A model generated the notes under the pieces. The model did no database searches, was not told the DNA's origin, and saw only the letters and a list, made by a program, of their open reading frames with translations. Shown one piece after another: positions 1 through 12,320 of a stretch of 64,000 nucleotides of DNA. Position 1 is the first letter of the stretch. Each line of letters starts with the position of its first letter. The position numbers were made by a program, and so were the translations under genes. This stretch comes from Vicugna vicugna (Eukaryota): assembly GCA_013265495.1 (NCBI GenBank), contig MU058781.1, positions 9,901,009 through 9,965,008 on the forward strand. Reading direction: 5' to 3'.

Positions 1-642
1 TCCCTGGATAAATGAAATACATACATAAATCCTTGGATAGTTATTTAAACTGTTTTTTTTTCAGTCATTTCATTCTCTTCATTCTTCTATGTATACGTTT
101 TACTCATTCACTTATTCAACACATATTTCTGATCACTGGTAAAACATGATGCTAACAGTACATGTTAAGAATACAAAAGAGAAAGCCTAACTGCAGGGAA
201 AAATCATGAGGATTGCATGAGCTACCAGGGGAAGCTGATTTTTATTTATCAATATTCAATTAGGTTTTAAATGATTTGTGCATATTTGCATTTTACATTC
301 ACATCCATATTCAATGTGTGGAGTATTTCACATTTTTGTTCACAACGTTTAACATGAGTAATCAGTAATTAATTTTTCCTTCAAATTCCTTCCTAAAAAA
401 AGTCTTGTCAGTGTTGATAAGAAGTACCAAAGACGACTCAAAGTTTCGGGTTCACTGTCCACTCATTGTTCATGGGAATATCAGTCTTACTTTACCAGAA
501 TGGCAGCTGTATCCTCCCCATTCACTTGATCCTCCCCATTCACAGAGTTTACACACTGCTTTTCACTCCTTTGTGCTCTTTGCATCTCAATTCTCACCTT
601 TCATCGAGATGTACTACCTTAGTGCATGCTATGGCTTTCTGC

Positions 643-885
643 TTGTGTTAGGGTGGGCTACAGTTAAAAGTTAAACCTGAACCTTCAATGGTTTAACACA
701 ATAGAGGTTTAATTTTTGTTCACATCATATGTCCCCTATGGGCTGATTTAGGGGATGGAGGAAAGTGGTCATTCAGAGACCCAGGGTGACATCACTGGTC
801 AGGGAGGCAGGGGAAGACAGAAATTGAAGGATCACATAGTCTTCTTACCACCTCAGCCTGAATTAATCATGTGGCCCCAGGACTA
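643..885 (-). mobile_element. Old MaLR LTR fragment (MLT1J/K/L-like)
   Basis: 'caatggtttaacacaatagaggtttaatttttgttcac' and 'gtcattcagagacccagggtga' resemble the antisense old MLT1 LTR consensus. Confidence 0.55.
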
Positions 886-1020
886 GGAGTCTGTTTCTTT
901 CTTAATGTGTTCTATTTATTTACTTCCAAGTCTATATATATAGTATTTTTTAAATAAACAAATGCATTTATTTATTTATAACAATGTTCAGTGAACTACT
1001 TCCAACTCCCTAAGACCATT

Positions 1021-1190
1021 TTTACTTGGATATCTTTGTATCTTCAAACTGCAAATTTAGCTTTGTAATCTTTCTTCCTTAAACAAGCTCCTTCTGTGAA
1101 TTTCTAACTTGATACCCAGTGCTCCCCGTTAACCAACTCAAAAACTCTTTAAATCCATTTCTTTACATCTCTCTACCTCATTCTGCATAG
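1021..1190 (+). mobile_element. L2 LINE fragment
   Basis: 'tacttggatatctttgtatcttcaaactgc...cttccttaaacaagctcc' resembles the L2 ORF2 3' region. Confidence 0.45.
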
Positions 1191-1726
1191 ACTCAGGTTC
1201 TACTAGTGGCTGCCTTGGCATGATCGATTCTCCATCCTCATTCACCCTTCCCAGAGCTGGGGTCCAGTCTGGCCTCCTCCACAGTTCCCTGATGCTACTA
1301 AAACGGTTCCTTAGGGCCCCGATCAAATCTACATAAAACTACCAGAGCAGTCACTGTTGGGGTTTTGCTTACATTCACAAAAGTCTCGATCTTCTATCTT
1401 CTTATTAATACTGAAATCTGTGTTCTTTTTTCGAGGCTTTCTCCAGATTGTTCACTACCCTAATTTGGGCCTATTTCTCAATGTGTAGCCCCTAATTTCA
1501 TCAAGTTGGTCAACTTTATATTTTACAAACACACTTGTCTCTTCTCCCTTTTCACTTCCTCATCTCCCTTTCACTTGTTTGAAGCCAAATCCATCCCTCC
1601 AAGCCCAGACTAACAGTGGTCTTGGAGTCTTCCCTGCCCTCCATCAGTTCATTGATACTCTTCTGCTCCCAACTCCTCAAGTCCTTAATTAGTACAGAGT
1701 CAGCATCAGATTGCATGTTATTTGAA

Positions 1727-1915
1727 TTCATTCATTCATTCAATTCATATTAATTGACTGGCTCTCTGTGAGAAAACATGCACCTTACTGCATAGGCAGG
1801 ATATAAACAAAACAAAAAAACATTTCAGCTCTTACAGAGATTACAATGTAATTGGGCAGCAGACAATAAACAAATGATCACCCAAAATAAATATGAAATT
1901 GTAAATGATGACTGG
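1727..1915 (-). mobile_element. L2 3' end
   Basis: (TTCA)n tail 'ttcattcattcattcaa', then L2-like 'agacaataaacaaat'. Confidence 0.6.
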
Positions 1916-1975
1916 AGCCATCCAGGAACGTTACAGGGTGCTCTGAGAATTACTGGAAGAACTATTGAGAGATGT

Positions 1976-2157
1976 TACAGAGTATGGTGTCAAGTACACC
2001 GACCTTGGGCAGAGAGTTCTCGAGTTCAAATCCTGGCCTCACCACCTAGAATCTATAAGATCTTTTGCAAATTGCTTCACCTGTCCAGGCCCTCAGTTGT
2101 GTGGTGATGTCGTGGGAATGCTCATCACACCTACTTGGGCAGACTGCGTGGGTTAGC
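1976..2157 (+). mobile_element. MIR SINE
   Basis: B-box-like 'gagttcaaatcctggcctc' and core-like 'ccctcagtt...cacacctacttgg'. Confidence 0.65.
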
Positions 2158-3219
2158 TTGCAGTTGTCCATTTCCAGCTCCATCTGATTCATTTCCACTA
2201 TGGTTATGAAGGAAGCCATGTGCTCTGCAAACCTGCCCTGAGTGGGCCTTTGGGGTCATGTGACGGAGTTCTGGCTCTGGATGAAAGTCCGAAGGGATGG
2301 CTGATAAAGCTTTTGCTTTGCTGATTTGGAGAGGTGATAAACACATCTCTAAGAGGTTTAGAGTTTGATGGCTCAGGTTGGTCACTTTCCAGTGGAGTCT
2401 CCCAGGAAAATTTGTGACCTGTGGGGCCTGATCACACCTCTGTTCATCGCAGTGTGGAAACTCCTAACGTAGCCACTGTGAGAGACAGTGGGCTAAACCT
2501 GTGTGCTGGGTGCCTGCGGAGTCCTCTGTCTGCTCACAGGAGCTTTCCCTGTGCCAGTGCCAGGAGGGATGATACAGCACTTTTCTGCTCAGGCTGAGCT
2601 GCTGGGCCCACGCAGGGCTTAGATGGAGGTGCCAAGGCTTGAGTGGCTGCTCCCTGACATTTCCTTTATATGCCAGTATGGAAAATTGGGAAAAGTACTC
2701 ATAGTTCAAAGACATCATCATTAATGTCTTTAGGAGGGAACAAGAGAAATCCTTTGTGGCAGTCCCACCGCTGGCATGACACTAGCCAAATACTCGCAAC
2801 TCCGGTGTGGCATCAGGCCATGGTATAAATTGCAGACATTAAGGAAGTTTCTGCCCTAGGTAAAGTGGGTTCAGGCCTTTACGTGCTCTCCTTGGCACTC
2901 TTGTCTCTTGTCACTCACCTTTTAGCTGACGTGACCTCTGGCTGCCCAAACAACTCCATAGTCACCCAGCCTTGGCCTGCCCTGTTCAGCAGTGCCCAGT
3001 GCCCTCAAATCGACTTTGTAGTCAAGGTCCAGCCAAATAGGCTTTTTTGTTTTCAGTTTCTCTCATTACTTTGTTCTTGGCTAGCGTTAGTTAAACTAAA
3101 TTATACGCAGGTACTCCTGGAGTTGTTGCTGAAAGCATCACAGATCCCAGTAATTCATTTGTAGGTTAATAGGAATCCTAATGAAAACCCTGAAGGAATC
3201 AAAGATTGGTTGCAAATAA

Positions 3220-3410
3220 TACTCACCGAAGACCTGCTGTGAGTTAGCTACCGTGCACGGAGGCTTGGTGGGTATCTGTGAAGCTTCCCAACCTGATGAT
3301 ATGGGTATCAGTATTCCTTTAGTAAAGTTTATACATTTTTGTATAGCTAATTGGTGATGAAGCTGAGATTCAGAATTAGTTCCTTTAACTCCCAGTCTAG
3401 TGATGTATCC
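3220..3410 (-). mobile_element. MIR fragment
   Basis: 'gaagctgagattcagaattagttcctttaactcccagtctagtg' is an antisense MIR head. Confidence 0.5.
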
Positions 3411-3417
3411 CCGTTGA

Positions 3418-3717
3418 GGGTAGAGTGTAGCCTAATGGTTAAGAGCATCAATCCGGAGCCGCACAGCTTGGTTTGATACTGGCTTTGCTGCTAATCAGCT
3501 GTGTGATCTTGGACAAATTATTTGATTCTCTGTGTCCCAGTTTCCTCAAACGTAAAAATAAAGATGATGATGGTGATAATAATAATAACAACAACAACAA
3601 CAACAACAACTATGCCATCAATTGATTATGTGAAGATTAAGTGAGTTGGTATTTGTAAAGGACTCAGAGTAGTACATAGGTCCTAGTAAATGATTGTCAA
3701 AGTGTTAACAGTTATTA
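3418..3717 (+). mobile_element. Near full-length MIR SINE
   Basis: Head 'gtagcctaatggttaagagc', core 'gctgtgtgatcttggacaaattattt...cagtttcctc', tail 'gtgaagattaagtgag...tgtaaag'. Confidence 0.85.
3563..3610. repeat. Compound trinucleotide microsatellite (GAT)/(AAT)/(AAC)8 inside the MIR
   Basis: Read directly; (AAC)8 lies at 3587-3610. Confidence 0.9.
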
Positions 3718-4752
3718 CACTGGGCAGTGGGTTGTTAGTGACGGGGCATTTCAGGATCTCTAAAATGGCATCACATAGAAAACCCTCTACCTGATAAATC
3801 TCGTATCTGGATCATTGTGAGATACAAGAAGGTCTTGCTAATGGAAAATGTAGAATATTCTTCCAGGTAGACCCATTAAAGTAGAAGCGATAATTCAGTA
3901 CATGTGGGACATTTTAGTTACACTGTTCAGTAAAGGCCAGGGCATAAAAGTATCACTTTAAAATAACCTTTTAGCAATTCACCTATGACTCCAACTGGTC
4001 ACATATCAGCTTGTTTTCCACAAGTCTTTCAGAACCTTCCAAAGAAATGTAAGTGTCATTTTCTGAGGTAACTATCTTGGCTTGTTAAATTCACATTTGC
4101 ATCCATGTAAAGTTTCCCAGACCCATCCTGTATCGCTAAATTACAGTTGCATTGATCTTAACGTACATCACTTTTATGGCATAGACATTTAATGTAGAGT
4201 ATAAATATCTTGTCCTCCTAATGTGCTTTGCATGCAGTGATATAGAGGGACTTAAATGGAACTGGGAAAGCCTGCAGCATAATTCCAGGCATGCGGTGGA
4301 TAGTCCACCCACTATACTTGGTGCAGATGTGATTTAGGCTGATACCAGATCTGACATTCTGCAGTAAATCAGCTGCTTCTATTAGCCTAAAAGGTATTAT
4401 CTCATCCACTGAAAATCATATCTGCACACATTAGGTCCTGAGGATATTAGTGAAGCCAAGCAGCGTTACAGAGAGGAAGCCCGTGGTTTGCACCCCACAG
4501 ATTCATCAGTCAGCAGATTTGGGTTTAAGTCAATGCAGCAATCACTTATTCAAGTGCTTTGCCCTGGAAATTCTAGTTGTATTAACAGAATTGTAGAAAT
4601 AACAACACTTTAGCCCATTAATTGTTATCATTAGAAGAGCAATGGAAATAAGGATGAAAGTGCACATGGGGAGTTGTCATACTCAACCGCAAAATACTGG
4701 CTAGCTCCATCTTAATTAGACAGTGCAGCAACCTACTATTTAAGGAAAAATT

Positions 4753-4920
4753 AGAGCACTTTACATACATTGTCTCATTTAATATCTGCCTAATACAGCA
4801 GAGTAGGTATTTTCATGCCTTTTAGATAAGCAAATGAATGCTCAGAGAGTTAACTGGCAAGAGGTTAAAGAGACGACACATCACTGAGCTCAAATTCAAA
4901 TTCACATACGTTCTAAACCC
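4753..4920 (-). mobile_element. MIR SINE
   Basis: 'agcactttacatacattgtctcatttaat...gataagcaaatgaatgctcagagagtt'. Confidence 0.7.
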
Positions 4921-5014
4921 TCAGTGCTATTGAATTTTTGTTAAGACTTCAACCTATGCTTCGTACTATGGTGGAGACTATTTTATTCATTTCATTTTCT
5001 CACTTTGTCACCTC

Positions 5015-5180
5015 TTTGGTCCTATGACAGTCAGGAGAAGAAGTTATTAATATCCTTATTTTTCCAATTGAGTAGACTGATGCTTAGAGAAGTTCAGTGG
5101 TTTGGCTAGATCCAAAATTTAGTAAAAATAGGAGCTAGGGTTTTAATCCAATTCTAAGTCCAAAGATAGTGCTGTTTCAC
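5015..5180 (-). mobile_element. MIR SINE
   Basis: 'ttattaatatccttatttttccaattgagtagactgatgcttagagaagtt'. Confidence 0.65.
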
Positions 5181-5614
5181 GGAAAAGAAAGTCACTATTA
5201 AATTTGTGAGATACTCAAAGTTTGTGTTTGCTACCACTCATTCTTTGTGGGTCCAATCTCAAATCCTGTTCAGTGGTCCCACATTCAGTGGCTAATTGGA
5301 GTTTCATTAAATAAGCTAACCCAATAATTATTCTATGCTGTTATAATTAATGAGTATCAATAGGAATGTATAGCTGCTGGTAAGGTTTCAGCCACCCAGA
5401 GTTATTTGGAACTGGAGATTCTCTTTGCTCCACCTCAAAAGAGTATGGAAATACCCTGCCTGATTCTCAGAATTGACCACAGTAATCCCCCCATAACTAG
5501 ACACCCTGTTTGCAGACAAAGTCTTCCCCAGCCTCCAATACCTCCATTCTCATCGCTGTAGGTTCTCATCTTGTATTGAGGTCTTACCACATGTCGTCTG
5601 CCTCATCCCTTAGG

Positions 5615-5634
5615 CACACACACACACACACACA
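5615..5634. repeat. (CA)10 microsatellite
   Basis: Read directly. Confidence 0.95.
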
Positions 5635-5777
5635 CCCCTTTGCCTAAATTAGTGTTGCAGCCTTCTGCCAGTTATTCCATTTCTTTTGTCTGAATGTTGG
5701 ACCTTCCGTGTTCTGGAATGCTCTATACCAGTGCCAATGAATGAAGTACTAGCAGGTAGCTGAACCTTGCTACCTGG

Positions 5778-6347
5778 TGCATGAGTTTTCTAGTCTGTAT
5801 AACAAATTACTGGAAATTTAGCAGCTTAAAACTATACATATATTTTTTTTATTTAGCTCAGACTTTTGGGAGATCAGAAGTCTCCACTTCAGGGTCTTAC
5901 CAGGTTGCCACCTAGGTATTGGCCAGACCTGTGTCCTCATCAGAGGCTCAACCAGGGACGATCCATTCCTAAGCCATACCAGGTGGTTGGCAGAATTCAT
6001 CTCCTTGCAGCTTTAGGGCTGAGATATAGTTTTCTTACAGGCTGTCTTGGCTGGGGGCAACTCTGAGCTCTTAGAGGTTATCTTCAGTTCTTCGCCATGT
6101 GACCCTCCTAGGATGCCCTCTCTCAACATGACGGCTGGCTTCAAAGCCAGTAAGTGGAAGTCTTTTGCTCCAGTCTGTTTAGGCAAAGTCTTATATAATG
6201 TAATGTAATCATGGGAATGGTATCCTGTCACTGCTGCCATAGTCTGTTGGTTAGAAGCAAGTCACAGGTTCTGACAGGATTCAGGGGGAGAGGATTATTC
6301 AAGGGCATGACTCACTGGTGAGAGTCAATTAGAGTGTGTTGACCACA
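5778..6347 (-). mobile_element. MaLR solo LTR (MLT1E/F-like)
   Basis: TG...CA termini, diagnostic 'ggttggcagaattcatctccttgcagc' and 'ttggttagaagcaagtcacagg'; 5-bp TSD-like flanks cctgg (5773-5777) / tctgg (6348-6352). Confidence 0.85.
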
Positions 6348-7308
6348 TCTGGTAACAATTTTCCTTAATGCCAAAGGCCATTCATGTGGATTTCTGCGAC
6401 CTGTTACTCTGACATCTTGATTTCCCATCTCTGCCCATTTGATGGCTGAGTTGGACTGAAGTACAGCTCGGACAGTCTGCTGGAATAGGGCAGTGACCTC
6501 TAAGCAGAGCTAAGCATCACTGAATTAATCAGAAATATGATGCCAGTAAACTGAAATTTTCATGTGTGACTTTTATATAACAATTGCAATATAATTAGAA
6601 CAACCTCTAATGAAAAATTTTGAAAGCTTTTCATCTGTCCAGACCTGATGATGTCAAATAACTTTTCAATGTGCAAGTAAGAGTTGGAAGTGGTAATTCT
6701 ACATGCCCTGGGACTAGCCACTTAACTGGTACCTGGAATCAAGTGAAATTCTGAAACCAAACACTTGGCTTGCCAAGATTTGTCATGAATAAGTGATTTC
6801 TTTATTATGAGTTTTAAGCTATTTTGTGGCTCTTTCAGACATTTGTCTACTGCACAAAATCATAGTTCTAGGGCAACTCCTAATAAAATTTTATTTTCTA
6901 CGAGTTTTACGTAACGATTTCCTTATTTTGAAGATGAAATATTTTTCAGTAGAAAATTAGTTTTTTCCAGTCCTTTAAATAATGTTTAATAAAGACTTAA
7001 AGATACTGCTTTCAAGGTGTACCCAATTTTTACCCTGACTAGGATGTCCATAAGTCTCCATAGGGCCATGCCTGGCAGAAACTACTTTCCCTACTTGTTT
7101 CTTACCACTAACTGCTTGCCGAAGTTGCCACATGTTGGTGCTCATACCCCTTTGGTCCTCTGGGTGTCTGCTTGTGTGTTTGTCCCCTTAGCTTGCCTCA
7201 CTCCACGTGTAGGTTTAGTCCCTGGGGTCGAGCCCCATGCTCTTATTCTACATCAAGCTGCACTTGGAGCTACGATGGAGCTGGGCACCAGGCCGTGCAT
7301 GGCATTTT

Positions 7309-7420
7309 ATAGTGCTTCATAATTTATAAACAGTTAGCATCCTTTATCTCTCTTGATCCCCACAAATAACTCTGGTGAGGGGTGTATTGCCAGTCTTTGC
7401 GTATTTCATAATTGAGGATG
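7309..7420 (-). mobile_element. MIR fragment
   Basis: 'tctcttgatccccacaaataactctggtgagg...tttcataattgagga'. Confidence 0.45.
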
Positions 7421-7495
7421 GCTTTATTGAGAATGGGGGAAGGGAGATAATGTGGTTTGTAATTGGTTCTTGTTTCTTTTTTACAATTAAAAAAA

Positions 7496-7740
7496 TTTTT
7501 TGTATATATATTTTTTATTGAAGTATATAGTCAGTTTACAGTGTTGTATCAATTTCTGATGTACAGCATAATGCCTCAGTCATACATGAACATACATATA
7601 TTAATTTTCATCTTTTTTCACCACAAGTTACTACAGATACTGAATATAGTTCCCTGTGCTATACAGTATGAACTTGTTTATTTTATAGATATTAGTTAGT
7701 ATCTGTAAATCTTGAACTCTCTTTTTATCCCTTACCGCTT
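7496..7740 (-). mobile_element. Young L1 3' end, camelid/cetartiodactyl type (copy A)
   Basis: Poly-T, then 'ttattgaagtatatagtcagtttacagtgttgt...aatatagttccctgtgctatacag', typical of the artiodactyl L1 3' UTR. Confidence 0.85.
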
Positions 7741-7744
7741 CCAA

Positions 7745-7870
7745 TTTTATTTTTTAATTTATTGTAGTACAGTCAGTTTACAATGGGGTGTCAATTTTTG
7801 GTGTACAGCATAATATTACAGTAATACATATAGATGCATATATTTGTTTTCATTTTTTCCTTCATTATAG
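7745..7870 (-). mobile_element. Young L1 3' end (copy B)
   Basis: A second, related copy 'ttattgtagtacagtcagtttacaatggggtgtcaatttttggtgtacagcataat' with its own T-rich tail. Confidence 0.8.
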
Positions 7871-8412
7871 GGGTTCTTGTGTTTCTTTTTGGAGCAGCAG
7901 AGAGGCCTAGAACTTGCAACCCTGTAGTTTAACTTTTCTGTGATAGTAACCTGGCCCCAGTCCTTCATGGTATCCATAAGTCTTGCCACAGGTTGAGGGA
8001 CAGACACTTGAATAGACAACATCTCGACCCCATCTACTAACGCTGATCCTTATTTAGCACGATCAATGATCAATGCAATTGGTTTTTTATTTACACATGA
8101 CCTAAAAGGTAAGAGAAATTACCATAAAAAAATTACTTTGAGTGAATTAAAAAATGTGTAAGTGCCAAGTTTAAAATCTCATTTACTCTGCCACAGTAGC
8201 AAATTGGAGGCTGGAAATGCAGCTAAAACTGATAAAAGATAGAGGTAGACTTGAAATGGCAAAAATATAGCTCAGCGGAAGCAAGTTATTGGCAGAGAGG
8301 AAGCTAAGCAAATTCTACTTGCCCAGACCTGTCAGAAGTACTTTTTCCTGCGAGATGTGATAGGATGTGAGTCACACAGAATGGATGAGTTAGTGCCTTC
8401 AGACCTGGAAAG

Positions 8413-8468
8413 TCTCCTCTCTCTCTCCCTCTCCCTCCCTCCGTGTCTCTGTGTCTCTGTCTCTCTCA
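8413..8468. repeat. CT-rich simple repeat
   Basis: (CT)n/(CCCT)n/(GTCTCT)n read directly. Confidence 0.8.
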
Positions 8469-8599
8469 CAGTCATTTCCATACTAAGATTTTATACAGCA
8501 TATTCACTGTCAGAGCGAAGATGCAAGTTCCCTTAGACCTGAGTATCTGTTAATTCCTCTCTTTAGCAGGATTCATGTGCAGGCATTATGTGGTTATTT

Positions 8600-8690
8600 T
8601 CTGTGTGTTATGCTCTGTGGCAGGCGCTGCTAGGTGTAGAAACTTCAATAAGAAACTATCCTGGTTCTTGGAGTGTTTAATTCAATTTAA
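8600..8690 (-). mobile_element. L2 3' fragment
   Basis: 'tatgctctgtggcaggcgctgctaggtgtaga...aataagaaactatcctgg'. Confidence 0.45.
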
Positions 8691-8899
8691 CCAAAAGGGA
8701 GTGGCTAACATGATGGCCAAACGTTTAGGTTCTAAGGCAGTCTCTAAATTCAGTTCGTAAGTAAGAGCTCAAAACAAACAACATGCATCTACACTCCATA
8801 CAGCTGATTTTCTAAATTCTGTGGCCTCATTGGTGAGTTTTTCTGCCTTATGCATAAAAATCTTGCCTGTACTACCTTGTCTGACACCATTCTTTCCTG

Positions 8900-10030
8900 T
8901 TTCCCCTGTTTGTCCCTTTCATAATCTGCTCCACTTTTATTTACCCATCAGATGTTGGTATCTCCTTGGGTTTCCGCTTAGCAACTCTGTCTTTTCAATT
9001 CCTTGCACTCCCGTGGCAGCCTTTCCATTGTTTACTGCGTCCAGGTGCTACCTGGGTGCTGACGACTGCAAATCAGTATCTGTGTTCCAGGCTTCTTTCT
9101 TTAACTCTCTACTCTTCTTTCTTTTTCTTTTTTGGCTGCCTACTATTAATTACCAACAGGATATCCCACAGGAAAATCCATCATATTCGAAACCAAAATT
9201 CTGGTATTTCTCCCTAGACCGGCTCTTGCTCTTATATTCTGTGTATACCAAAAATCTGGACATAATTACGAACGTCTCCCTTTCTGCCAATACCTCATCT
9301 CTCACATCCATTTGGTTACGGGATATTACAGGTTCTCCTTACTTAACATGTCTCACCCTGTCAACTGTTCTCCGATCCCAGCCCGACTGCCCTAGTTTAG
9401 GTCTTCATCATCTCTCTTGTGGCCTATTTAGAGGATTTCCTCACTGTTCTTTCTCGCGGTGGTTTCTCCAAGTCTATCTTCCACATTGTTGGTAGTTGAG
9501 TTTTTTTTTTAATGAAAATTATATTATTTTACTTCCAAGCTTCAAATTTACTGGCTATAGAATAAATGAGGATCATCTATGTATGCCATCCAAGGTCTTC
9601 TGTGATTTGGTCTTTGTCTACTCGCCCAACTCATCTTCTGTTTTCTTCTGTGTTCAAACTCTGCTTCCATTTTAGATCCCTGGGCGCCCCTTGCTGCTTC
9701 AGGTTGTCCTGCTTTTGCATTTATTATCCCAGCCTCCAAGGCTTTCCGCCCCCTCTGCCATCTGTCTGGTGAGTCTCTACCGATCCTTTAGGACCCGTAT
9801 CAAGCGTGATCTGTTCTGTGAAGAACTCACTCTGTTTTCTCCACACTCTGCATTTCTTCTGTTGTGCTGCTGTAATATCTCATTTGTTGCGCCATGTCAG
9901 CCTGTTAATACAATTGTCTGTTTACATGAGCACCTTCTTTAATCTGTTTCTTGAGCTAATAAAATAAATATCGGTGATTTCTAACTTCAGCACTGATCGC
10001 AAGTCTGTGTGATGCAGGGTAGGTGAAGGA
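8900..10030 (+). mobile_element. L2 LINE, RT region to 3' end (decayed)
   Basis: Fossil RT motifs GISLGFRLATLSF (8957-8995; cf. GVPQGSVLGPLLF) and YLGADD (to 9066; cf. YADD), followed by L2-type pyrimidine-rich 3' sequence. Confidence 0.75.
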
Positions 10031-10214
10031 ATCAAAGTAGGAGAGGGCAGAGGAAATATTTTATCAAAATGTTCTAACATTTTAATCAAACTTTTAAGTT
10101 AAATGTGATATTTTGGGATCTAGTCCAGTGGAGTTTGCCAATAGAAAGTAGTATCGGTAAGATTTTGTTGCAGTGTTCACTGTGGGAGATGGACAGGCAT
10201 CATATATACAGACC

Positions 10215-10330
10215 TTTCTTTTTCTCTTCTTCCCTCCTTTCTCCTCTCTTCTTCCTTCCCTTCCTCTTTGCTGTGTTTCTTCCTTACCTTGCTTCTCTCA
10301 TTTCCTTTTTCTCTCTGTCACTCATTTTCT
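10215..10330. repeat. Polypyrimidine low-complexity tract
   Basis: Read directly. Confidence 0.75.
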
Positions 10331-11534
10331 AAGCTCACATTGAATTATTACTTCAGTATTTGCCAGATACTAAACACTGTGCCTTCGTCATAATTACACA
10401 GTTATTGGATAAGTCCAAGTACATGTGAAAGAAAAAGAGTTTATGCTGACATTTTGTTTTCCTTACTGAATTACAGATAGACATATGTGAACGTATCCTA
10501 ACAGGAAAGCAGTGGTTCAGTAAGTTAGTTATTTAGGGCAGCAGTGTTGCAGCCAAGATGAATTGAGGTAAACAATACAGCTCCCCTTATGCCTCAATCC
10601 CCTTCTGCTTCTGTGTTGACTGTACTTCTGAAGCCTGGTCTTCAAATTTTATCCTGGCATTTTCTCAGTCTACCAGGAAAATGCCTTTCTTTGTCCATTT
10701 GCATGTTTAGTCTTGAGAATTGTAGCATTTAATCTGGTGTCATAAATTCTGATATACTGGGAATTCTAAAGGAAGTGATGACTGAAGCACCCTACTGGCC
10801 TTTGTGCAAGATGTGCATGTTCCTGTAGGTGAGGTCTTCATCTGGGTCTCTGATGCCATAGAACATGTATCATTCCATGTGTCGCCATCACAGGCAGGCA
10901 CTGAAGTGTCCTTCCTGAAGCAGTTTCCAATTCTGTTATGAATCTCTGGAAAATCCCAATCTTAGGTGCATCTTTTCAGGATAGGGAAAAGAAGCCCCTT
11001 CATGTTTTTGGTTGCAACCAGAAAAAATTATACTTATGACAGGTGGCCATAGGTGAGTCCTGTTCTATACAAAAGGTAATGTAACACCAGCAAGTAAGTG
11101 GTAAGGAAAGAAGGCACCCGATTGTCAATTGTCTCCTGGTAGTGTAACACACTTGCAGAGTATCTCAGGAAAGCCTTCAGTTTTGCATCCGTCGACTGTG
11201 ACTCCTGTCTGAAATATGCATTTTCCCTTTCATCTTCCTCTTCTACTGAAAATGCTGGGGTTAAAAAAAAGAGGCTTATCCTATGGGAGGAACTGCATTT
11301 GCTTGTTGACTCTCTGATACTGACTTTCTCTGGCTCTTACTAGTAAAACATGAAATGCAGTTGTTCCTAAGTGCTGACACATTCGTGTATTGCATGCTCA
11401 ACGTAGGAATATTAAAACATGTATTTTAGATTTAGTTCCTTTATTTAGAAATGTTTTACCTAAAACTTCACTGTGGAGAGCTTATTAGGACTCATCAGCC
11501 AATAAACATGCTCTCCTATTGATTGCTTTTTACT

Positions 11535-11890
11535 TACTCCTTTATTCCTTGTTTATATTGATAGCTATTATATGGCAGCAACTGTGCTGGGTCCAAAGGT
11601 AGAACCAAACCAAACCAGAAAAAGCATCTTCCCTCATGGACCTGACAGTCTAGTGAAAGAGACATGCAATCAAATATTTCATAAACAAATATAAAGCCAT
11701 GATCTCTATTGGGAGGCATCCCTGGATCAAAGAGATGTGTATGAGAAGGGTTTCCACCTGGTCAAGAAGATCAAGATGGTGTCTCCAAAGAAGTGAATTT
11801 TGAGCTGAAGAGAGTCAAGGAAGAGAAGAGTTAACTAGGTGGTCAGGGAGGGACAAGAATTTTAGGCATAAGAAACAGAACTTGTTCAAT
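11535..11890 (-). mobile_element. L2 3' region
   Basis: 'ctattatatggcagcaactgtgctggg', 'ccctcatggacctgacagtctagtg', 'aagaagtgaattttgagctgaag'. Confidence 0.75.
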
Positions 11891-11907
11891 TTCAAAAGCT
11901 CGTTTCT

Positions 11908-12320
11908 AGTGTAACATGGAAGCAACATCTGCGTTTGTTAGTCCTACATTTTTTTAAATTGAGAAATAATTGACATAAATTGTATTAGTTTTAGGTGTAC
12001 AATGTGATGAGATATATACATAATATATTGCAAAGTGATCAGCATGTTTAGTTATCCATCACCACACATAGTTACAGTTTTTTTTCTTGTAGTGAGAACT
12101 TTTAAGATCCACTCTCTCAATGACACTCAAATATACAATACAGTATTGATTACTGTAGTCACCATGCTGTGTAGTATATCCCCAAGAAGTTAGTCCTACA
12201 GTTAAATCTTAGTTTCTATTCCACCTGACTGAGTGGCCTTGGAAAAGTTTTCTTTTCTTTTTTTTTTTCCAGCCAAAGATAAAATGTACCTCTGTGGCTT
12301 GTTTTAAGGATTATAATCTA
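11908..12320 (+). mobile_element. MIR remnant interrupted by an L1 insertion
   Basis: Head-like sequence lies before 11948; 'gagtggccttggaaaagtt...tacctctgtggcttgttttaaggatta' follows 12200. Confidence 0.5.
11949..12188 (-). mobile_element. 5'-truncated L1 (L1MA-like 3' end) with perfect 12-bp TSD
   Basis: 'aattgagaaataattgacata...gagaacttttaagatccactctc...gtagtcaccatgctgtgt'; TSD gttagtcctaca at 11937-11948 and 12189-12200. Confidence 0.9.

Noticed and set aside
3420..3490. tRNA-like A/B boxes
   Set aside because: This is the tRNA-derived head of a MIR SINE, with no cloverleaf.
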